Origin: Patescibacteria group bacterium | Lineage (GTDB): Bacteria > Patescibacteriota > Minisyncoccia > Minisyncoccales > JAHCRE01 | NCBI GenBank assembly: GCA_020148145.1 | Contig: JAHCRE010000011.1 | Span: 3,360-67,359, forward strand | Direction of reading: 5' to 3' | DNA: 64,000 nucleotides | In this document: one piece after another, positions 60,113 through 64,000 of the stretch | Layout of the letters: each line of letters opens with the position of its first letter | How positions within the stretch are numbered: the stretch's first letter is position 1 | Notes under the pieces: generated by a model | Seen by the model: only the letters and a program-made list of their open reading frames with translations | Told to the model about the DNA's origin: nothing | The model's database searches: none | Position numbers and translations under genes: made by a program

Positions 60113-62017
60113 TTATTTTTCTTTAAATTCTCCTTCCTCAGCTGTAGGTTCATCTTCTTTTGGTTTTTCTTTCGGTTTTTCAGGGCTGGCTTTTTTGTAC
60201 ATCTCAGCTCCAATTTTTTGAATTGCCTGAGATAATTCTTGGGTCTTATTTTTTATTTCCTCTATATTATCACCTTCTTTTACTCCTTTCAAATCTTTAA
60301 CTTTTTCCTCAACTTCCTTTTTTGTCTCTGAAGAAATTTTATCTCCGGCCTCTTTCAGGGTCCTTTCGGTGGTATAGATTAAATTATCAGCCAAGTTTTT
60401 AGCTTCGCTTAATTCTCGCTTTTTACGATCTTCTTTTGCATGTAATTCTGCTTCTTTTTTCATTTTCTCTATCTCTTCTTTTGATAAACCTATTGATCCC
60501 TCAATTCTAATCGACTGAGAGCGAGAGGTTCCCTTATCTTTGGCTGTAACAGTTAAAATTCCATTAGCATCAATATCAAATTTCACTTCAACTTGGGGAA
60601 TTCCTCTTGGAGCAGGCGGAATTCCATCTAAAATAAACCTTCCCAATGACCTATTATTAGTTGCCATTGACCTTTCCCCTTGCAAAACATTTACTTCAAC
60701 CGATGTCTGACTATCAGCTGCAGTTGAAAATATTTGAGTTTTTGCTGTAGGAATAGTGGTATTTTTGGAAATCATGGCTGTATTTATTCCACCCAAGGTC
60801 TCAATTCCAAGAGAAAGCGGTAAAACATCCAACAAAAGAACACTCTTTATTTCTCCTTCTGGCGCTCTTCCCTCTTCCTTTGCTCTCAAAATCTCTCCCT
60901 GAATAGCTGCTCCCATTGCCACTACTTCTTCAGGATTAATAGTTTTGTTAGGCTCTTTGCCAAAAAAATTCTTAACCGCCTCTCTAACAGCTGGAGTTAA
61001 AGTTGTACCTCCAACCAAAATAACTTCATCGATGTCGTCTTTACTTAATTTTGCCTCTTTTAAGGTTTTTTTCACTCTTTCAATTGATCTTTCAACCAAA
61101 TCTCGGGTCTGGTTCTCCAGCTGAGCCCTTTTCAATTTATAATACAAATGCTTTGGCCCCGAAGTATCTGAGGAAATAAATGGGAGGTTAATTTCTGTTT
61201 CTATTGCCGAAGATAATTCTATTTTCGCATTTTCGGCTGCCTCTTTTAATCTTTGTAAAGCCAAGGGGTCTTTTGATAAATCAATTCCTTGATCTTTTTT
61301 AAATTGCCCAACTATCCAGTCAATTATTCTCTGGTCAAAGTCATTTCCCCCTAAATGAGCCTCTCCGCCGGTAGCTAAAACTTCAACTGTATCTGGAGCC
61401 ACATTCAAAATTGTCACATCAAAAGTTCCTCCTCCAAAGTCATAAACAACAACTTTTTCTGGCTTTTTCTTTCCCAATCCATAAGTCAGAGCAGCTGCCG
61501 TAGGCTCATTAATAACTCTCAAAACTTTAAATCCGGCAATTTCTCCGGCTGTTTTAGTTGTTTTTCTTTGGGAGTCATCGAAATTTGCTGGACAAGTAAT
61601 AACAGCTGTTTCCACTTTCTCGCCTAATTTTTCTTCTGCATCTAATTTTATTTTTTGTAAAATCATTGAGGAAATTTCAATCGCTGTGTGCCATTTATCA
61701 CCCATTTTTATCTCAACCCCACCATCTGCCCTTGCTCTTGTCTCGTAGGGTAAGCGTTTTAGCTCTTTTTGAACTTCGGGGTCAGAGTGTCTTCTACCAA
61801 TAAACCTTTTTACTGCGAAAATAGTATTTTTGGGATTGGTAATTGCTTGCCTTTTGGCTAAAATCCCAACAAGCCTTTCTCCATTTTTTGCCAATGCCAC
61901 AATTGAGGGTATCAGAATTGAACCCTCTCTACTTTCTATACATTTTGGCTCACCTGCTAAGATGGTGGCCATCTTTGAAATTGAGGTCCCTAAATCAATA
62001 CCTAGTACTTTACTCAT
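60113..62017 (-). CDS. dnaK: chaperone DnaK (start moved to [11 protein letters not shown])
   Basis: [27 protein letters not shown]; the track N-terminal extension lies in the GC-rich element. Confidence 0.9.
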   Translation of the reverse strand: MSKVLGIDLGTSISKMATILAGEPKCIESREGSILIPSIVALAKNGERLVGILAKRQAITNPKNTIFAVKRFIGRRHSDPEVQKELKRLPYETRARADGGVEIKMGDKWHTAIEISSMILQKIKLDAEEKLGEKVETAVITCPANFDDSQRKTTKTAGEIAGFKVLRVINEPTAAALTYGLGKKKPEKVVVYDFGGGTFDVTILNVAPDTVEVLATGGEAHLGGNDFDQRIIDWIVGQFKKDQGIDLSKDPLALQRLKEAAENAKIELSSAIETEINLPFISSDTSGPKHLYYKLKRAQLENQTRDLVERSIERVKKTLKEAKLSKDDIDEVILVGGTTLTPAVREAVKNFFGKEPNKTINPEEVVAMGAAIQGEILRAKEEGRAPEGEIKSVLLLDVLPLSLGIETLGGINTAMISKNTTIPTAKTQIFSTAADSQTSVEVNVLQGERSMATNNRSLGRFILDGIPPAPRGIPQVEVKFDIDANGILTVTAKDKGTSRSQSIRIEGSIGLSKEEIEKMKKEAELHAKEDRKKRELSEAKNLADNLIYTTERTLKEAGDKISSETKKEVEEKVKDLKGVKEGDNIEEIKNKTQELSQAIQKIGAEMYKKASPEKPKEKPKEDEPTAEEGEFKEK

Positions 62018-62023
62018 AGTTAG

Positions 62024-62253
62024 TTCGCGGCACGACTCGCTCACTTTGTTCGCTCGTCTAACACCGCTCTTTAAAAACCCTAGGACGGAAGTTTCCGCAG
62101 AGCTAAGAACTCTCGCGTCCCTTCGGTTTTTAATATTTTCCTATACGGGAGAGCCGGAAGGTTCTCCCAGACGGGGCTTTCCGACTCAACCCGCTTCGCA
62201 GGTTTCGCGGAGAAGCCTCGCGTCTTGGCCGACCCCCTTCCGATATGGGGGTG
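62024..62253 (-). repeat. ~230-bp GC-rich structured element (GCE-1-related) between the AAGGTCGAA box and the dnaK start
   Basis: shares TTTTCCTA(C/T)ACGGGAG..CTCCC with 51860-51890; many GC hairpins; boundaries approximate. Confidence 0.65.
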
Positions 62254-62278
62254 TTAAATTTTAATTCGACCTTTGAAA

Positions 62279-62974
62279 TTATTTATTAATCAAATCAACA
62301 GCGTAGTTAGTAGGTCTACAAATTCCCATATTTGCTGGAATATCAAACTTTTTTCCACTAGGTAACGAAGCCCGTTGAGATATCCTACCACTTGTTACCC
62401 CTATAACTTTTCCGCTATCCAGGGAAAATACTGGTGAACCACTTGAGCCTTTATTAATGTGAGTATCGATCATAAAGAAATGTAGCGAGCCATCTTTGCC
62501 ACGTCTCTTCACTGAACTAATAATACAGTGGTTTGTGTTCATTGTAATCCCAAATTTCATACCTAATAGTACTGTAGCCAAAGGATATCCTATAAAAACA
62601 ACCTCATCCCCTTCTTTAACTGATTCTGAATCACCGAATCCTTCAATTGTTTCAAAATTATTCTTATCGGAAATTATTTGCATTAAAGCTAAATCGTTCT
62701 CTTCGTCTTTGTCTAATAATTTCACTTTGTATCTGTCATAATGCGTTATCCCTTTTTCATCGGTTTTACCCGGCACTGAAACCTCCAGATAACGAAGTTC
62801 GTTTTCAGGAATGTTTTTATATACATGCCAACAAGTTAAAAATTTACCATCATGAGAAACTATAAAACCAGTCCCTCTAATACTTACTTTGCCTTGATTT
62901 TTCTCTCCAGGTATATAGAGGGCCACTAAAATAATTGGTTTTTTATTTTGTTCTATAATTTGACTGATTTTCAT
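62279..62974 (-). CDS. trypsin-like serine protease
   Basis: CWHV (His), NDLALM (Asp), KGSSGSPVF (Ser). Confidence 0.75.
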   Translation of the reverse strand: MKISQIIEQNKKPIILVALYIPGEKNQGKVSIRGTGFIVSHDGKFLTCWHVYKNIPENELRYLEVSVPGKTDEKGITHYDRYKVKLLDKDEENDLALMQIISDKNNFETIEGFGDSESVKEGDEVVFIGYPLATVLLGMKFGITMNTNHCIISSVKRRGKDGSLHFFMIDTHINKGSSGSPVFSLDSGKVIGVTSGRISQRASLPSGKKFDIPANMGICRPTNYAVDLINK

Positions 62975-62987
62975 ATTATTTACATTA

Positions 62988-63332
62988 TTATTGATTATTT
63001 TTTATATCTTCAGGGAAATTTTTTATTTTTTTTGTAATGGATGTTCCCTCAGTGAAAATAAAATAATTATACGTACGATATTCGACTTTTGATTCAGATC
63101 TCGATTCAGCTTTCGAAGTGGAATTTGATTGGGGGCTATCTTTTTTAAATAATCTTTTAAAGAAAGTTATTGTCCTTGGCTCTACAAGTATAACTAACAA
63201 AATACATAAACCTCCGACGAAAAGATAGGTATAACGATTCCATTCTGAAAATTTAAAATTATTAGTTATTACAACTTTTAGCAAAATCATCCCTATTATT
63301 AAAAATGCGATTATTCTTCCTATGATTTTCAT
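62988..63332 (-). CDS. small membrane protein
   Basis: two TM segments; abuts the grpE stop. Confidence 0.5.
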   Translation of the reverse strand: MKIIGRIIAFLIIGMILLKVVITNNFKFSEWNRYTYLFVGGLCILLVILVEPRTITFFKRLFKKDSPQSNSTSKAESRSESKVEYRTYNYFIFTEGTSITKKIKNFPEDIKNNQ

Positions 63333-63851
63333 TTATTTAACTATTTTTACCTTAGCTGGTCTCAAGACCTTGCCGTGTAACAAATAGCCTTTTTGAACTT
63401 CTTCAATGACAATTCCTGAATCTTTGTCTTTTATTTCAACTTCTTCAACTATTTCCTGGAAATTTGGGTCAAATTTTTGCCCAATTGTTTTTATTTCTTC
63501 TACTCCCTGACTTTTTAAAAAATCTTTAATTTGGGCCTTAATTTGCAATAATCCTTTTACATTCTCATCATTTTTTAAATTTGCCGGTATCTTTTTTTCA
63601 ACTATTTCAAAATTATCTAAAATTGACAGGATTTTTAAAATTAAATCTATATTGGTATATTTTAACATTTCTGAAACTCTCTCTATCTCTTCTTTTTTGT
63701 AATTCAAAAAGTCAGCCCTAGTTCTCTGCCAACTAGCTAAATATTCATTTTTTAATTTTTGACATTCTTTAAGCTGTTTTTTAAAATCTTCAATATTTAA
63801 CCTCTTTTTTTCTTTATTTTTAACGCCTAGTTTCTTCTTTTCCTCTTTCAT
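63333..63851 (-). CDS. grpE: nucleotide exchange factor GrpE
   Basis: RTRADFLNYKKE, FDPNFQEIV, LLHGKVLRPAKVKI. Confidence 0.85.
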   Translation of the reverse strand: MKEEKKKLGVKNKEKKRLNIEDFKKQLKECQKLKNEYLASWQRTRADFLNYKKEEIERVSEMLKYTNIDLILKILSILDNFEIVEKKIPANLKNDENVKGLLQIKAQIKDFLKSQGVEEIKTIGQKFDPNFQEIVEEVEIKDKDSGIVIEEVQKGYLLHGKVLRPAKVKIVK

Positions 63852-63900
63852 ATTCCGTAATTTATAATTCAGATAGAACTATAAAATTAATTGTAATACA

Positions 63901-63920
63901 TTTTCTACAATCGTAGAATT
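63901..63920. promoter_or_regulatory. imperfect copy of the TTTCTACGATCGTAGAAA palindrome upstream of grpE
   Basis: TTTTCTACAATCGTAGAATT, ~50 nt upstream of the grpE ATG. Confidence 0.5.
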
Positions 63921-64000
63921 TATACTACATTAATATTCTGCCAATATTTTCATTAATGAGTTAATCAAGCCAATGTTTTTCTGATAAGCCATTCTTTTTG

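Overview
AT-rich, gene-dense bacterial contig. Gene content suggests a CPR/Patescibacteria-like organism (inference): archaeal-type AspRS, split coaC/coaB, and a compact mraY-murD-ftsW-murG block. Most core genes lack a Shine-Dalgarno sequence.

Core genes recognised:
- Translation and chaperones: aspS, gltX, rpmA, rplI, grpE-dnaK-dnaJ.
- Cell wall and metabolism: mraY, murD, ftsW, murG, uppS, pyrG, coaC, coaB, serA plus a class-V aminotransferase.
- Stress and signalling: rubrerythrin-desulfoferrodoxin, LemA-DUF2207, a sensor kinase/receiver pair.
- One tRNA-Lys(UUU). I found no rRNA and no CRISPR array.

Accessory content:
1. 2.7-10.9 kb: a cluster of secreted proteins sharing an Asn/Gly-rich repeat module.
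2. 31.8-41.8 kb: a ~10 kb island from an excisionase-like HTH gene to a Xer-like tyrosine recombinase. It carries an MTase plus a two-HKD PLD nuclease, a PD-(D/E)xK-like protein, RusA, and a translationally coupled GHKL-ATPase / MTase-fold / B12-radical-SAM trio. The trio is my best candidate for an undescribed defence or modification system.
3. 28.6-30.5 kb (+) and 46.0-47.6 kb (-): two arrays of small-gene cassettes. Each cassette is bracketed by complementary G-rich and C-rich boxes, and cassettes are separated by a conserved junction hairpin and structured leaders.
4. Several families of GC-rich structured repeats. Two copies sit next to diverged duplicates of the 3' end of the host gene (mraY and the S41 protease). 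These duplicates have mostly synonymous or conservative differences.

All family assignments come from motifs read by eye. No database search was run, and GC-content remarks are by eye.
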